DNA from: a virus
Taxonomy: Duplodnaviria; Heunggongvirae; Uroviricota; Caudoviricetes
Virus record (IMG/VR): IMGVR_UViG_3300034072_000647
Direction: 5' to 3' (one strand)
DNA: 64,000 nucleotides
This document shows, in pieces, positions 1 through 8,350 of the stretch (within the stretch, counting starts at the first letter, position 1; each line of letters opens with the position of its first letter). Under the pieces are notes generated by a model. It was given only the letters and a program-made list of their open reading frames with translations, did not search any database and was not told the origin of the DNA. A program made the translations under genes and the position numbers.

Positions 1-352
1 TCAGTCCACATAGTGCCGCCGATAATACGATAACCATTGAAGTCAACCCAATCGTTGTCCAGATAAATAAAATTATCTGGGATTACATTACGAAGTAGGT
101 CTGAGGTCTCTTCCCACTTTCCAGAGTAATGCTCATGATTACCCGGAACATAGAAAACGGTATCGAACTCACGCCCTACCTGATGGAAAAAAGCATGAGC
201 ATTCTCTGCCTTAACATAGTAAGGAGAGGCCTCAGACTTCTTGAAATAAGCAGCGCAACAAATGTCGCCGCTTAGAACTAGTGCGTCGGCACCAGCATTA
301 GTGATCTCCAGAGGATAAAACTCCAAATGAAGATCCGAAACAATCTGTAGCT

Positions 353-919
353 TCATCGTTTAATCCTTTTCGTCAAATCTTCTAGAGAAATAGGTGTGTA
401 GTCGTCAAGCTGTTCCATACAAACACAAAAGTAACGAGGATCAGGCTTATCGCTGTACAGGATATCTCCCGTTTTAGCGTCTACACCTCGTGGCAATCTC
501 ACTTTATCAGCGTGTAGATGGCCATGAACATTTGTGCCCCAGCGTCCGAGGCTGTCAGAGTGCACAGGTATATGAGTGCAAACAAAGCTATCAAACTTAC
601 GAAAAGCATGAAGATCTTCAAAGCCTGCATTGATATAATCCTTGTTCTTGAAAATGTCATGGTTGCCCTGAATTAGGCGCTTGCGTCCGTTAAATCTGGC
701 AATTTGACTAAGGAAGCGACGATTAATAACAACATCGCCAAGAAACCAAATAGTATCCTTAGGGCCTACAACTTTATTGTGTTGTGAGATGATATGCTCG
801 TCCATTTCCTGAACGGTATCAAAGTCACGCAGCTTAGTAACTCCGTCACGACGAAGAAACTCAACCATCCCTTGATGACCTAGATGATGGTCAGAAGCGA
901 AAAAAGTATTATGAGTCAT
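353..919 (-). CDS. Calcineurin-like metallophosphoesterase (Ser/Thr phosphatase-like)
   Basis: Motifs GDxHG-like (ASDHHLGH), GNHD and GHLH are present. An AGGAG SD sits 6 nt upstream of the ATG at 919. The TAATG overlap with the upstream gene suggests translational coupling. Confidence 0.8.
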   Translation of the reverse strand: MTHNTFFASDHHLGHQGMVEFLRRDGVTKLRDFDTVQEMDEHIISQHNKVVGPKDTIWFLGDVVINRRFLSQIARFNGRKRLIQGNHDIFKNKDYINAGFEDLHAFRKFDSFVCTHIPVHSDSLGRWGTNVHGHLHADKVRLPRGVDAKTGDILYSDKPDPRYFCVCMEQLDDYTPISLEDLTKRIKR

Positions 920-1113
920 TACCAACTCCTAGTAATAATATTCTGCCCACAACCTGGACAACTGAAACCGTCTGCTCCGGCAGGGCCTCCACCATAATCA
1001 GTGCCACTGTAAAGATTGCGAACTTCATTTGGAGTGTACTCTACAATGGCAGCACACTTACGACAAGTAATCCGCTTTACAACGCTCTCGTCTCGCCCAA
1101 CTACCTTAGCCAT
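919..1113 (-). CDS. Small zinc-ribbon protein (CxxC...CxxC)
   Basis: The ORF has an internal Met after a GAGGAGA SD and a consensus early promoter immediately upstream. It contains two Cys pairs. Confidence 0.55.
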   Translation of the reverse strand: MAKVVGRDESVVKRITCRKCAAIVEYTPNEVRNLYSGTDYGGGPAGADGFSCPGCGQNIITRSW

Positions 1114-1135
1114 TTCAATCTCCTCATTAGGCCTC

Positions 1136-1164
1136 ATTATAACGCGAACAAGCACACGAGTCAA
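1136..1164 (-). promoter_or_regulatory. Consensus early promoter (TTGACT-N17-TATAAT) plus conserved leader
   Basis: Read on the minus strand: TTGACTcgtgtgcttgttcgcgtTATAATgaggcc...gaggagattgaaATG. Confidence 0.6.
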
Positions 1165-1206
1165 CACGTAACTTTGGGAATGTTAAAAACGTGATGGTCG
1201 GCGCAC

Positions 1207-1240
1207 AGCAAAAAGCCCGCCAAAAATTGACGGGCTTCTC
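1207..1240 (-). terminator. Intrinsic terminator (minus strand)
   Basis: GCCCG-tcaatttttgg-CGGGC followed by TTTTTG in minus sense. Confidence 0.55.
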
Positions 1241-1318
1241 TAACATAGAGCAGTTGCGCTAGCCGTACTTATATCAGGTCTTGCCTGAAACACCTGAAAG
1301 GGTCAGCTCTACGTATAC

Positions 1319-1393
1319 TGGAGCGGGTAGCGGGAATCGAACCCGCGACTTCTCGTTGGCAACGAGGAGTTTTACCAATTAAACTATACCGGC
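1319..1393 (-). tRNA. tRNA-Gly(GCC)
   Basis: CCA end, T-arm GGGTTCGATTCCC, anticodon loop TTGCCAA. Confidence 0.6.
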
Positions 1394-1394
1394 G

Positions 1395-1643
1395 TTAAAT
1401 CAAGTTTCGAATATCGTACTGCGTACCGTTAACCAATACCGCAGGAGGAAGAAGTTTGCTAATCTCTTCGTTAGACAAAGTATCCACTGCTAGCAGTTCT
1501 CCTTCTCGGGCTGAGAGTTTCTCTAATCGATCGGCCATGATCTTTCTCTCAGAGCGAAGATCAATAACTATATTAGCTACAGCATTTAGGAGAATTAGCC
1601 GATTAGACTCCATACGCTCTTGTAGAATATGATCTAAAGTCAA
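1395..1643 (-). CDS. Hypothetical protein (82 aa)
   Basis: ORF on the minus strand between tRNA genes. Confidence 0.45.
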   Translation of the reverse strand: MTLDHILQERMESNRLILLNAVANIVIDLRSERKIMADRLEKLSAREGELLAVDTLSNEEISKLLPPAVLVNGTQYDIRNLI

Positions 1644-1661
1644 TGTTATGTCCTTTAAAAT

Positions 1662-1754
1662 TGGAGGTGAGAGTCGGTCTCGATCCGAAGACGGGTATTA
1701 GCCGCCCGAACTCCTTAGCAGGGAGACCCAGCACGCCTGTCTGGTTCACTCACC
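1662..1754 (-). tRNA. tRNA-Ser(GCT), long variable arm
   Basis: Anticodon stem CTCC/GGAG with loop CTGCTAA and a long variable arm. T-loop ATCGAGA has A54. CCA end. Confidence 0.6.
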
Positions 1755-2000
1755 AAGTGGTTTGTAGTTAGCCTCGAAGAAAGCGCTATCAACTGAATAA
1801 CGGCTGCCATCGGGGTTAGTAATAACATATTCGCCCGGCTTCATGTATTTAGTTCCGTGAATACTATCTACTAGAATCCAGGAAGATCGAGGATCTACCT
1901 TAGGGCTTCGTGGTCCATCGGACTGTACGCCGGCTGGAATTTTGTCTTCATCCGGTAGAAACTGCTCAGCTTCAACTTCGATGGTCATTGCGTACTTCAA
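1746..2000 (-). CDS. Hypothetical protein (84 aa)
   Basis: ORF whose stop overlaps the start of the downstream macro-domain gene. Confidence 0.5.
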   Translation of the reverse strand: MKYAMTIEVEAEQFLPDEDKIPAGVQSDGPRSPKVDPRSSWILVDSIHGTKYMKPGEYVITNPDGSRYSVDSAFFEANYKPLGE

Positions 2001-2455
2001 TAGGGAACCTCATCGTCTAGAGTATAAACAATTGGCTGAAAGTTGGTGGACTCCTCTTCGATAATAGAGGACATAATTCGCCAATCGCCGCCTGCTAATC
2101 CGCATCCAATTAGAGGAAAGCTAACAGGCTCTGAAATGTGTTGATTTATAGAACGTAAAGCCCTACGAATAGCCAGGTAATCAACATATACATGCTTGTC
2201 ATAACCGTAGTTCTTCTGGCCGATTATGTTAAGAATAACATGATCGCCACAGTCAGCGCCTATAACGAAACCAAGCGGCAATCCGCTCTTTTCATAGCGC
2301 TCTCTATAGACTGTAAAGGCTTTAGGGTATTTATTTCGGATAGCCTTAGCTACACCGGAGTTCATGACACCTTGAGCATTACAACAGTGTGCAATGTACA
2401 AACTATCAGTAGTTAGGATATCACCATAACGGTATTCAATTTTCATATAATCCAC
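1997..2455 (-). CDS. Macro domain protein (ADP-ribose binding or processing)
   Basis: Contains the motifs NAQGVMNSGVAKAI and IGCGLAGGDW typical of macro/Appr-1-p domains. Confidence 0.8.
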   Translation of the reverse strand: MDYMKIEYRYGDILTTDSLYIAHCCNAQGVMNSGVAKAIRNKYPKAFTVYRERYEKSGLPLGFVIGADCGDHVILNIIGQKNYGYDKHVYVDYLAIRRALRSINQHISEPVSFPLIGCGLAGGDWRIMSSIIEEESTNFQPIVYTLDDEVPY

Positions 2456-2547
2456 GCAAGAATAAAGGCAAAAGACATTCCCAGCGTAAATATAATTACC
2501 GCTGCCGCACCTAAACCTGGTTCTGAATAATTACTAAAGTCCATAAG

Positions 2548-2623
2548 TGGTACTCCTGGAGGGATTCGAACCCCCGACCCGGCCGTTATGAGCGGCTGGC
2601 ACTGACCGCCGTGCTACAGGAGC
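2548..2623 (-). tRNA. tRNA-Met or Ile2 (CAT)
   Basis: 76 nt. Anticodon loop CTCATAA, T-arm GGGGTTCGAATCCC, CCA end. Confidence 0.7.
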
Positions 2624-2626
2624 GTG

Positions 2627-2815
2627 TTACTTATTCCACCATTCTTTCGCAAGAATGTATAGATACCAAGGCCCCCAAAGGAACCAAAAGACTGCAACTA
2701 GAACCTGCAGAATATTGAATTGCGCGCCTTGCTTAGCAGCCTCAACGCGGATTAGACCAAAGAAGAGAATTGCTACAACTGCCCAAATTCCAAAGATAAT
2801 CCAAAGATAATCCAT
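2627..2815 (-). CDS. Small membrane protein (2 TM helices)
   Basis: Hydrophobic ORF. The start was placed at an internal Met that follows a GGAGAAG SD. Confidence 0.5.
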   Translation of the reverse strand: MDYLWIIFGIWAVVAILFFGLIRVEAAKQGAQFNILQVLVAVFWFLWGPWYLYILAKEWWNK

Positions 2816-2830
2816 AACTTCTCCGTAAAG

Positions 2831-2910
2831 TGGTGCCCCGGGAGGGACTCGAACCCCCATGTGTCCAATTAGCTTTCTCCTGATTAGAAGTCAGGCGGCA
2901 TACCGAGGCA
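2831..2910 (-). tRNA. Atypical tRNA-like (anticodon hairpin CCTGA-CTTCTAA-TCAGG gives UCU, Arg?)
   Basis: Clear T-arm and CCA end. The D-arm is aberrant or short and there is a 20-nt variable region. Confidence 0.4.
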
Positions 2911-2983
2911 TGGTAGTCTAGGCGGGAGTCGAACCCGCAGAACGCAGATTAGGAGTCCGCATCTCGGTCCAGTCGACTAGACC
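2911..2983 (-). tRNA. tRNA-Arg(CCT)
   Basis: T-arm GCGGGTTCGACTCCCGC, anticodon loop CTCCTAA, CCA end. Confidence 0.55.
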
Positions 2984-3435
2984 ACTGATTCAATCTCGCT
3001 ATAAAACAGCATATACTTAGCCATTCGTTTGAAGTCCTTTTCCGTTACGCCCTTCAAACGACGAATATCGCTGTTATGCTTGAGGTCAGCCTTTTTAACT
3101 TCCCTAGCATCCTTGCTAGCGAGAACCTTAGTCTTATAGCTGTTATAAGACTCGCCCGGCATCTTAGTGAGATTGGTAATACCAAGAATTACGCGAGGCG
3201 TCATTCCAATATCAACCAAATCCTCTACCGTAGCATCAGTATCCTCAAAAAGGTCGTGACCGACAGCAATACACTGAAGCTCTTCATCGTCAGAGTTCAG
3301 AATATGCAATACTGCAAGACAGTGTAGAATATAAGGCTTACCGCCTTTATCGAATTGACCATTATGCTTATCGACCGCAAAGTGGATCATTTTACCAAGC
3401 ATTTCACCCTTTTTCATATCTGTCTCCTTATTCAA
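2977..3435 (-). CDS. HD-domain phosphohydrolase
   Basis: Contains the H...HD metal-binding motifs HCLAVLHIL and GHDLFEDT. Confidence 0.8.
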   Translation of the reverse strand: MNKETDMKKGEMLGKMIHFAVDKHNGQFDKGGKPYILHCLAVLHILNSDDEELQCIAVGHDLFEDTDATVEDLVDIGMTPRVILGITNLTKMPGESYNSYKTKVLASKDAREVKKADLKHNSDIRRLKGVTEKDFKRMAKYMLFYSEIESVV

Positions 3436-3535
3436 CTAATATACGAAAAACGGGGATTAAAGTCAAGAAATAAATTCACAGATTGCCATTGGGTTTGGAC
3501 AGTCGCGTTTACCAATTTCGCCACCCCAGCATAAG

Positions 3536-3812
3536 TGGTGCAAGGGGCAGGACTCGAACCTGCAAGTCTTTCGACAACCGTTTGATTATTCCAATAAAAA
3601 AGTGCTGTTAGCAATCTTAGTATAAGAACAGCGTATTAAAGGCCTCTTGCAGAGGATGTCTACCGTTTCAACACTGGATTGCATTTACATCGCACCAGGT
3701 AGGATTCGAACCTACACCTTTAACACGCCGAACATCTGGAGCTCCTGACAGGACTCGAACCTGCATGTGATCCAATTAACCTTTCAACTCGTTCGTAGCG
3801 AGAGGGTTTACA
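3536..3812 (-). tRNA. Three atypical tRNA-like elements (T-arms at 3548, 3700, 3752; third has ACG anticodon-like hairpin)
   Basis: GGTTCGAGTCC / GGTTCGAATCC T-arm motifs with acceptor-like ends. The D/anticodon regions are irregular. These may be degenerate genes or need a covariance-model fold. Confidence 0.3.
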
Positions 3813-3818
3813 GAAGCA

Positions 3819-4283
3819 TTAACCTGTAGCGAAGGACTTGAACCTAACACAGTGGTCAGCAGCATGAGAGGCTGCCCAGCCGTGGGGCTTGATAACGGGC
3901 TTGAAGCCCATTCCTAGGACCCAGCCAACGGCTTCGCTTACCGCGACGTTGGACTTGTGCTTAGGGTCGTTATTAAGATCCAAGTGAATCTCAAGTGGAC
4001 GATCTCCAAGAACTTCGGTAATTTGTGTAGCTGCTTCAAGAGCGTAATTCGTCTCCATTAGCAACCTATTTTTAAGACCTTGAGCACCTTGCCCGTAGTC
4101 ACGCAAAATCTGAATGTCGTAGAAAATACGGCAGCCATGACGACTATCGCGGTGAACTACAACTACAGTAGCGTAACGAGCGTACCACTCGTCGTTCTTC
4201 TTAAACCTGATGGAGTCACAGCCAATGTAGACGCTAGAGTCTTTGCTGGAATTCCGTACTTCCTCTTTAGCCTCTTCCCACAT
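3819..4283 (-). CDS. RNase H-like fold protein (tentative)
   Basis: The start was placed at an internal Met (MWEEAKEE) after a GGAGAA SD. A DSx and ETNYALEAA pattern resembles the RNase H catalytic core. The ORF-track start would overlap tRNAs. Confidence 0.45.
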   Translation of the reverse strand: MWEEAKEEVRNSSKDSSVYIGCDSIRFKKNDEWYARYATVVVVHRDSRHGCRIFYDIQILRDYGQGAQGLKNRLLMETNYALEAATQITEVLGDRPLEIHLDLNNDPKHKSNVAVSEAVGWVLGMGFKPVIKPHGWAASHAADHCVRFKSFATG

Positions 4284-4306
4284 TGGGATTCTCCTTGTTG
4301 TTAAAA

Positions 4307-4377
4307 TGGTAGCGGGGCAGGAGTCGAACCTGACTGAAGGGTTATGAGCCCGACATGCTACCGTTACAATACCCCGC
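4307..4377 (-). tRNA. tRNA-like, CAT anticodon loop (Met/Ile-like), weak anticodon stem
   Basis: T-arm CAGGTTCGACTCCTG, loop CTCATAA, acceptor GCGGGG/CCCCGC. Confidence 0.4.
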
Positions 4378-4391
4378 AAACTGTGAAATTC

Positions 4392-4469
4392 TGGCGAAGG
4401 TTCAGAGAGTCGAACTCTGTCCTCAAGGTTTTGGAGACCCGCGGCTTAACCGTTTGCCCTAACCAACGC
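4392..4469 (-). tRNA. tRNA (anticodon unresolved)
   Basis: T-arm CAGAGTTCGACTCTCTG and a CCA end. The acceptor pairing is partial. Confidence 0.4.
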
Positions 4470-4546
4470 TGGTACTAGAAGAGGGACTCGAACCCTCATA
4501 CGAACCGTTTTGAGCGGCCCAGGTCTACCATTCCCGTCATTCTAGC
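4470..4546 (-). tRNA. tRNA (anticodon unresolved; loop CTCAAAA candidate)
   Basis: T-arm GAGGGTTCGAGTCCCTC, acceptor GCTAGAA/TTCTAGT, CCA end. Confidence 0.5.
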
Positions 4547-4646
4547 ATGAAACTTGGTCCTGATTGCCCATCACTAGCTCAGGACAAGCTAGTTGCAAGA
4601 GGTTTTCTGCATCACCTTCCGTGGTATCGGGGTCTGAGCCCGAATC

Positions 4647-4721
4647 TGGTAGTTCCAGAAGGAATCGAACCTCCATCTAGCGATTATCAGTCGCTTGCAC
4701 TAGCCGTTATGCTATGGAACC
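4647..4721 (-). tRNA. tRNA-Ile(GAT)
   Basis: Perfect anticodon stem AGCGA/TCGCT with loop CTGATAA. D-arm GCAT...GTGC, T-arm GGAGGTTCGATTCCTTC, CCA end. Confidence 0.75.
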
Positions 4722-4728
4722 ATTTAAC

Positions 4729-4801
4729 TGGTGGAGAAGATGGGTAACGATCCCACACGTTCCTGATTGCAAGTCAAGACGCTGTCCCATACAGCTTCCC
4801 C
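4729..4801 (-). tRNA. tRNA-Ala(TGC), non-canonical T-loop ATCGTTA
   Basis: Acceptor GGGGAAG/CTTCTCC and CCA end. Anticodon hairpin CTTGA-CTTGCAA-TCAGG. T-arm TGGG-ATCGTTA-CCCA. Confidence 0.5.
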
Positions 4802-4975
4802 ATTAATGTGATAGGCTTACTCGATCTCAGATCGGTCGGGGATTGAACCCGTTACATCACATGGCCAACTGCCGTAAAAATCTGTGAGGTCTTTGATACA
4901 TTCACGTTAGCTGGCACTTAACGCTTTCCCAACCTGCCAGGGTCAGCGGCTATTGCCGTCAAAGATACCTCGAAC

Positions 4976-5049
4976 TGGTGGAGAGCCGGGGTGACGATCC
5001 CCGCTCATCAACTCTGCCAGAGTTAAGTGAGCACCAACGCTCGCTCCCC
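4976..5049 (-). tRNA. tRNA-Ala(GGC)-like, non-canonical T-loop ATCGTCA
   Basis: Acceptor GGGGAGC/GCTCTCC and CCA end. D-arm GAGC-GTTGGT-GCTC. Anticodon loop CTGGCAG. Confidence 0.45.
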
Positions 5050-5210
5050 GTTAAACTGCGTAACCTAGCTGACCTAGAAGTGCTGCTAGAGCAATGACTC
5101 CAACGATCAACTTGGCGATCCAATTAAAAGGATTTGGAACCGGAATACGGTCAATAATCCAAAAGGCAAAATAAACCACAACTGCAATAATTAGCAGTGC
5201 AATTAGAACA

Positions 5211-5417
5211 CTAATCATTTTCTTCCCCACCTATCAGGTACTGATAGGCTTGAGGGAGCTTACCGCCCTCGCGCACATAGTTATGTGCAATCATAGAATA
5301 AATATCAATATCAGCTGGTCCCATCCCGCAGGATGCTTCATTAAAGAAGTGTCTCAGCCAATTGAGTTCTTCATTCATAAGTTGAAACTTTCTTAGAACT
5401 ATATCCTTTGGGGTCAT
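5211..5417 (-). CDS. Hypothetical protein (68 aa)
   Basis: ORF tightly coupled to the upstream gene. Confidence 0.5.
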   Translation of the reverse strand: MTPKDIVLRKFQLMNEELNWLRHFFNEASCGMGPADIDIYSMIAHNYVREGGKLPQAYQYLIGGEEND

Positions 5418-5419
5418 GG

Positions 5420-5674
5420 TCAGTCACCATATTCAAACTCCTTAACAGAGTCTACCTTGAAGGCACGCCAAGCGGATTTCCCGAGATCCCAAACCGTGAT
5501 CGTAGTATCGCTAGCAGGGCTCTTCGCCGGACTAGCAGTTGTATCTTCCTGCAACTTAGGCAGGAACTCGGGCATCAGTGTGCAGACCATTTTGCGGTCT
5601 TCACCGTTTTTCTTTGTAAAAGTGACGACAACCACATCTTTATGTAGAATTTCGCGCATCTTAGCAGCGTTCAT
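5420..5674 (-). CDS. Phage-conserved SH3-like/DUF2693-like small protein
   Basis: The pattern VVVTFTKKNGEDRKMVCTL...VWDL is typical of DUF2693. The start was placed at an internal Met after a GAGGAGA SD. Confidence 0.5.
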   Translation of the reverse strand: MNAAKMREILHKDVVVVTFTKKNGEDRKMVCTLMPEFLPKLQEDTTASPAKSPASDTTITVWDLGKSAWRAFKVDSVKEFEYGD

Positions 5675-5738
5675 GCTTCGTCTCCTCTTGATAAAGCCAT
5701 TATACATAATTCAGTAGTTAAAGTCAACACTTGATTTA

Positions 5739-5812
5739 ACTGGAGCCGCGAAAGGTATTCGAAACCTTATTCCATGGCTTTGCAGGCCAGGCAGCAACCT
5801 ATGCGCCGCGGC
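5739..5812 (-). tRNA. tRNA-Cys(GCA)
   Basis: Acceptor GCCGCGG/TCGCGGC. Anticodon stem TGGC/GCCA with loop CTGCAAA. T-arm AAGGTTTCGAATACCTT. CCA end. Confidence 0.65.
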
Positions 5813-5813
5813 G

Positions 5814-5888
5814 TGGTGCTGACGAAAGGACTTGAACCCTCAACCTTCTCCTTACAAGGGAGTTGCACTACCATTGTGCTACGTCAGC
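5814..5888 (-). tRNA. tRNA-Thr(TGT)
   Basis: Acceptor GCTGACG/CGTCAGC, D-arm GCAC..GTGC, anticodon CTCC-CTTGTAA-GGAG, CCA end. Confidence 0.7.
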
Positions 5889-5896
5889 ATTTTTAA

Positions 5897-5972
5897 TGGC
5901 GAGCCTGACGGGTAACGATCCCGCTTTGTGTGATTGACAATCACATGTGTTTACCATAATCACCACAGGCCC
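5897..5972 (-). tRNA. tRNA-Asp(GTC), non-canonical T-loop ATCGTTA
   Basis: Acceptor GGGCCTG/CAGGCTC. Anticodon TGTGA-TTGTCAA-TCACA. T-arm GCGGG-ATCGTTA-CCCGT. CCA end. Confidence 0.55.
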
Positions 5973-6121
5973 AAACAAGATTACTCGTTATTAATAAACG
6001 CGCGAGTAGTCTTATAAATCTCGTTCAGCTCAGCAACTAGCTCAGCTCGCTCGTCTTCATCTTCCGAGTCGTTATAAATATTAATCAGATTTTCTACATA
6101 TTCCATGATTTTATCCTTTAA

Positions 6122-6197
6122 TGGTGGTTCCCCAGAGAATCGAACTCTGACCTCTAGTTCTTCAGACTAGCGCGCCGACCACGTACGCGAGAGAACC
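6122..6197 (-). tRNA. tRNA-Phe(GAA)
   Basis: Anticodon CTAGT-CTGAAGA-ACTAG. T-arm CAGAGTTCGATTCTCTG. CCA end. Confidence 0.75.
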
Positions 6198-6198
6198 A

Positions 6199-6387
6199 TT
6201 ATTTGAACTGACAACCGTAATCGCCACTTACCCGAGACCAATTACCGCCCTTCTGGATGCAGGCCATTCGTATCTCTTTTCCGTTTTTATTGCTTTCAGC
6301 TACGCATTGAGTTAGCATAAAGAATGCCGCGCAAGCCGCAATCAGAGATACAATTAGCATAAAGACGTTAGTTGTGTTGTTACTCAT
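6199..6387 (-). CDS. Small membrane protein
   Basis: ORF with one TM helix. Confidence 0.4.
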   Translation of the reverse strand: MSNNTTNVFMLIVSLIAACAAFFMLTQCVAESNKNGKEIRMACIQKGGNWSRVSGDYGCQFK

Positions 6388-6406
6388 TAACTAATCCCAG
6401 TATGTG

Positions 6407-6483
6407 TGGTGCTTCGTAAGAGGATCGAACTCTTCATCTCGCCCTTACCAAGGGCTTGCCCCGCCAACTGGGCCTACGAAGCA
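6407..6483 (-). tRNA. tRNA-Thr(GGT)
   Basis: Acceptor GCTTCGT/ACGAAGC. Anticodon GCCC-TTGGTAA-GGGC. T-arm AAGAGTTCGATCCTCTT. CCA end. Confidence 0.7.
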
Positions 6484-6572
6484 TGGAGGAGAGAGTCGGT
6501 CTCGATCCGAAGGGACTTTCGCCACCCGATGCGCTTTCCAGGCGGTCCCCGTACCTAACGGGTTCACTCTCC
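6484..6572 (-). tRNA. tRNA-Ser (long arm; anticodon GGA tentative)
   Basis: Paralog of the 1662-1754 gene with the same acceptor/T-arm (T-loop ATCGAGA). Anticodon loop CTGGAAA on a short stem. Confidence 0.5.
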
Positions 6573-7067
6573 AAGATCAATTATATTAGGTGGGATAGAC
6601 TTCTTAATAGTACCACCGCCACCCCATTGCCAAAATCCGGGCAAATCTACCGCCACCTCTACAACTTCTTGGAGGCTGCCTCGATAAAACCCTAGAGAAG
6701 GTCGGTGATGAAAACCACCCAGATCACAGTTAGGGTCTTCGCCTAGAACTTCCCAAACGCCGGTCTCCGTTAAGCCGTGCTTTTTGAGCAGTTCACGTCC
6801 AGAATAACTTTCATTCAAATATCGATGTAGGTTCTTCTTGTGGTTAGCTTTCCTGTCTAGCGAATACTGAAGTGCTTCGGACTTGGTATCAAATTCCTTG
6901 CCGTCGACTTCGTACTTGATTACTTCCTTAATCATTGTCGTCTCCGCTCTTGATGCCTCATTATAGCGTCGTTGAGCATCCGAGTCAAGAAGTTTTTTAT
7001 ATTCCGCTTCCGTACAATGACAAATTCCGCCCCATGGCAATTCAAAGGTTTGTATCTGCTGAACCAT
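6564..7067 (-). CDS. Hypothetical protein (167 aa)
   Basis: ORF with an ATGA-type junction to the upstream HNH gene. Confidence 0.55.
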   Translation of the reverse strand: MVQQIQTFELPWGGICHCTEAEYKKLLDSDAQRRYNEASRAETTMIKEVIKYEVDGKEFDTKSEALQYSLDRKANHKKNLHRYLNESYSGRELLKKHGLTETGVWEVLGEDPNCDLGGFHHRPSLGFYRGSLQEVVEVAVDLPGFWQWGGGGTIKKSIPPNIIDLGE

Positions 7068-7381
7068 TATTCACCGAGATATTCCCATAAATAACCGTTG
7101 CAATAAGCATGAACCGCACCAATCGTCAAGCCAGTATTATGGTCATGATGTAGGTGGATTGGGTTATCTAGAAACCCTTTGGGGAATAGACGCATATTTA
7201 GTTTTTTGCTACGAATGCCCGCGTTAGCAGGGCCGTCTAGCTTATCCTTACAGAACCAGCAAAAACCATTCTGTAGCTTAATATATTGTTGCCTTACTTG
7301 AGCACGTTCTCGTTGGGAGAGAAGCTTATAGTGTGCTGGAAGAGAATGCTCCGTCTTAAGATTAGCAAAGTTCAAAGCCAT
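7067..7381 (-). CDS. HNH / recombination endonuclease VII-like nuclease
   Basis: Contains the CWFC...HLHHDHNTGLTIGAVHAYCN motif. Confidence 0.7.
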   Translation of the reverse strand: MALNFANLKTEHSLPAHYKLLSQRERAQVRQQYIKLQNGFCWFCKDKLDGPANAGIRSKKLNMRLFPKGFLDNPIHLHHDHNTGLTIGAVHAYCNGYLWEYLGE

Positions 7382-7395
7382 TATACTTCCTTAAT

Positions 7396-7470
7396 TGGTA
7401 GCCCGAAAGGGTTTCGATCCCTCTTCTCTTGCTTGAGAAGCAAGCGTCCTAGCCACTAGACGACCGGGCC
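7396..7470 (-). tRNA. tRNA-Glu(CTC), T-loop ATCGAAA
   Basis: Perfect anticodon hairpin CTTGC-TTCTCAA-GCAAG. Acceptor GGCCCGG/TCGGGCT. CCA end. Confidence 0.6.
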
Positions 7471-7474
7471 ATAT

Positions 7475-7636
7475 TTATAGTAATTTAGACCAATCTGTAT
7501 AAGAATCATCCTTTAGAAAATCAGGATCTTCTCTAGCATGTTTCTCACAAAGATAGTGGTCTCCAGCAAACTGAGTATGTCTTATATACTTAGCGGGTTC
7601 ATCACAATCTTCGTAAGCATTACCTATACAAATCAT
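7475..7636 (-). CDS. Small zinc-finger protein (53 aa)
   Basis: Unlisted short ORF (MICIGNAYEDCDEP...CEKH) with CxxC/CxxH pairs. Confidence 0.35.
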   Translation of the reverse strand: MICIGNAYEDCDEPAKYIRHTQFAGDHYLCEKHAREDPDFLKDDSYTDWSKLL

Positions 7637-7640
7637 AAAC

Positions 7641-7715
7641 TGGTACTCCTAAGGAATTCTGAGATCCTAACCTTCTGCGTGTCGAGCAGATGCTCTACCT
7701 TTGAGCTATAGGAGC
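7641..7715 (-). tRNA. tRNA-Val(GAC)-like with unusual T-loop
   Basis: Acceptor GCTCCTA/TAGGAGT. D-arm AGCTC...GAGCA. Anticodon TCTGC-TCGACAC-GCAGA (C33). CCA end. Confidence 0.45.
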
Positions 7716-7895
7716 ATGAAACTGGCGGGTTCTACGCACTCCCGAAAACGTCTAAAGCCGCGCTAGTAAAACTACTTTAGAAACCCCCGTTAGGCTCATT
7801 TCCACGCCTTCTCCAATCTGTGCACATCAGGAGGACTAGTCGTTCGGGGGATTAGTGCCCAGCTGTCCCTGCAGAGAGTTCGGGCTACCTAATAT

Positions 7896-7972
7896 TGGTA
7901 GAGCAGACGGGGTTCGAACCCGCTTACACAAGATTGAAAGTCTTGCCGCCGTGCCACTTAGCGTCCTGCTCC
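7896..7972 (-). tRNA. tRNA-Glu(TTC)
   Basis: Anticodon CAAGA-CTTTCAA-TCTTG. T-arm GCGGGTTCGAACCCCGT. CCA end. Confidence 0.7.
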
Positions 7973-8233
7973 ATATTGTTTCTTCTGTTTAGTGAAGTCT
8001 TTCCAACTGCGTTTCCAATCACGACTGACACGACGATCGTCCCAGCTGTGTGGAATGTACTTGCGCTTGCCTCGAACCCTATGCCCGTCAGCTTCTGCGC
8101 CGCAGTTCTGTCTGCGCTCGTTCTGTGTTGCTACGCTGCGATAATAACGATGCTTCAAAGAGTATCGGCCAATACCACGCCAGTTCCAACACCAGTCGGA
8201 GTCTTCAGTGATTTTTTCGTATTGCTGTTTCAT
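7958..8233 (-). CDS. Hypothetical basic Trp-rich protein (91 aa)
   Basis: Strong AGGAGGT SD upstream. The 3' end abuts a tRNA. Confidence 0.55.
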   Translation of the reverse strand: MKQQYEKITEDSDWCWNWRGIGRYSLKHRYYRSVATQNERRQNCGAEADGHRVRGKRKYIPHSWDDRRVSRDWKRSWKDFTKQKKQYGAGR

Positions 8234-8276
8234 ATGTTACCTCCTAAATAGTTAACATATGTCACCTCCTTATATC

Positions 8277-8350
8277 TGGATGCCCTTTAAGGATTCGAAC
8301 CTTAATTAACGGAGTCAGAGTCCGCTTTCTTGCCATTAGAAGAAAGGGCA
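8277..8350 (-). tRNA. tRNA-Gln(CTG)
   Basis: Acceptor GCCCTTT/AAAGGGC. Anticodon CGGA-CTCTGAC-TCCG. T-arm AAGGTTCGAATCCTT. CCA end. Confidence 0.65.

Noticed and set aside
3819-3845. GGTTCAAGTCC T-arm-like motif
   Set aside because: It lies inside the 3' end of a CDS (reads ...RFKSFATG*) with no acceptor or anticodon context.
4547-4747. ORFs containing EGIEP(S/P)S peptides (also 11143-11361, 13414-13647, 12924-13541)
   Set aside because: They are translations of tRNA T-arm regions (GAAGGAATCGAACC) or antisense to the OMP gene.
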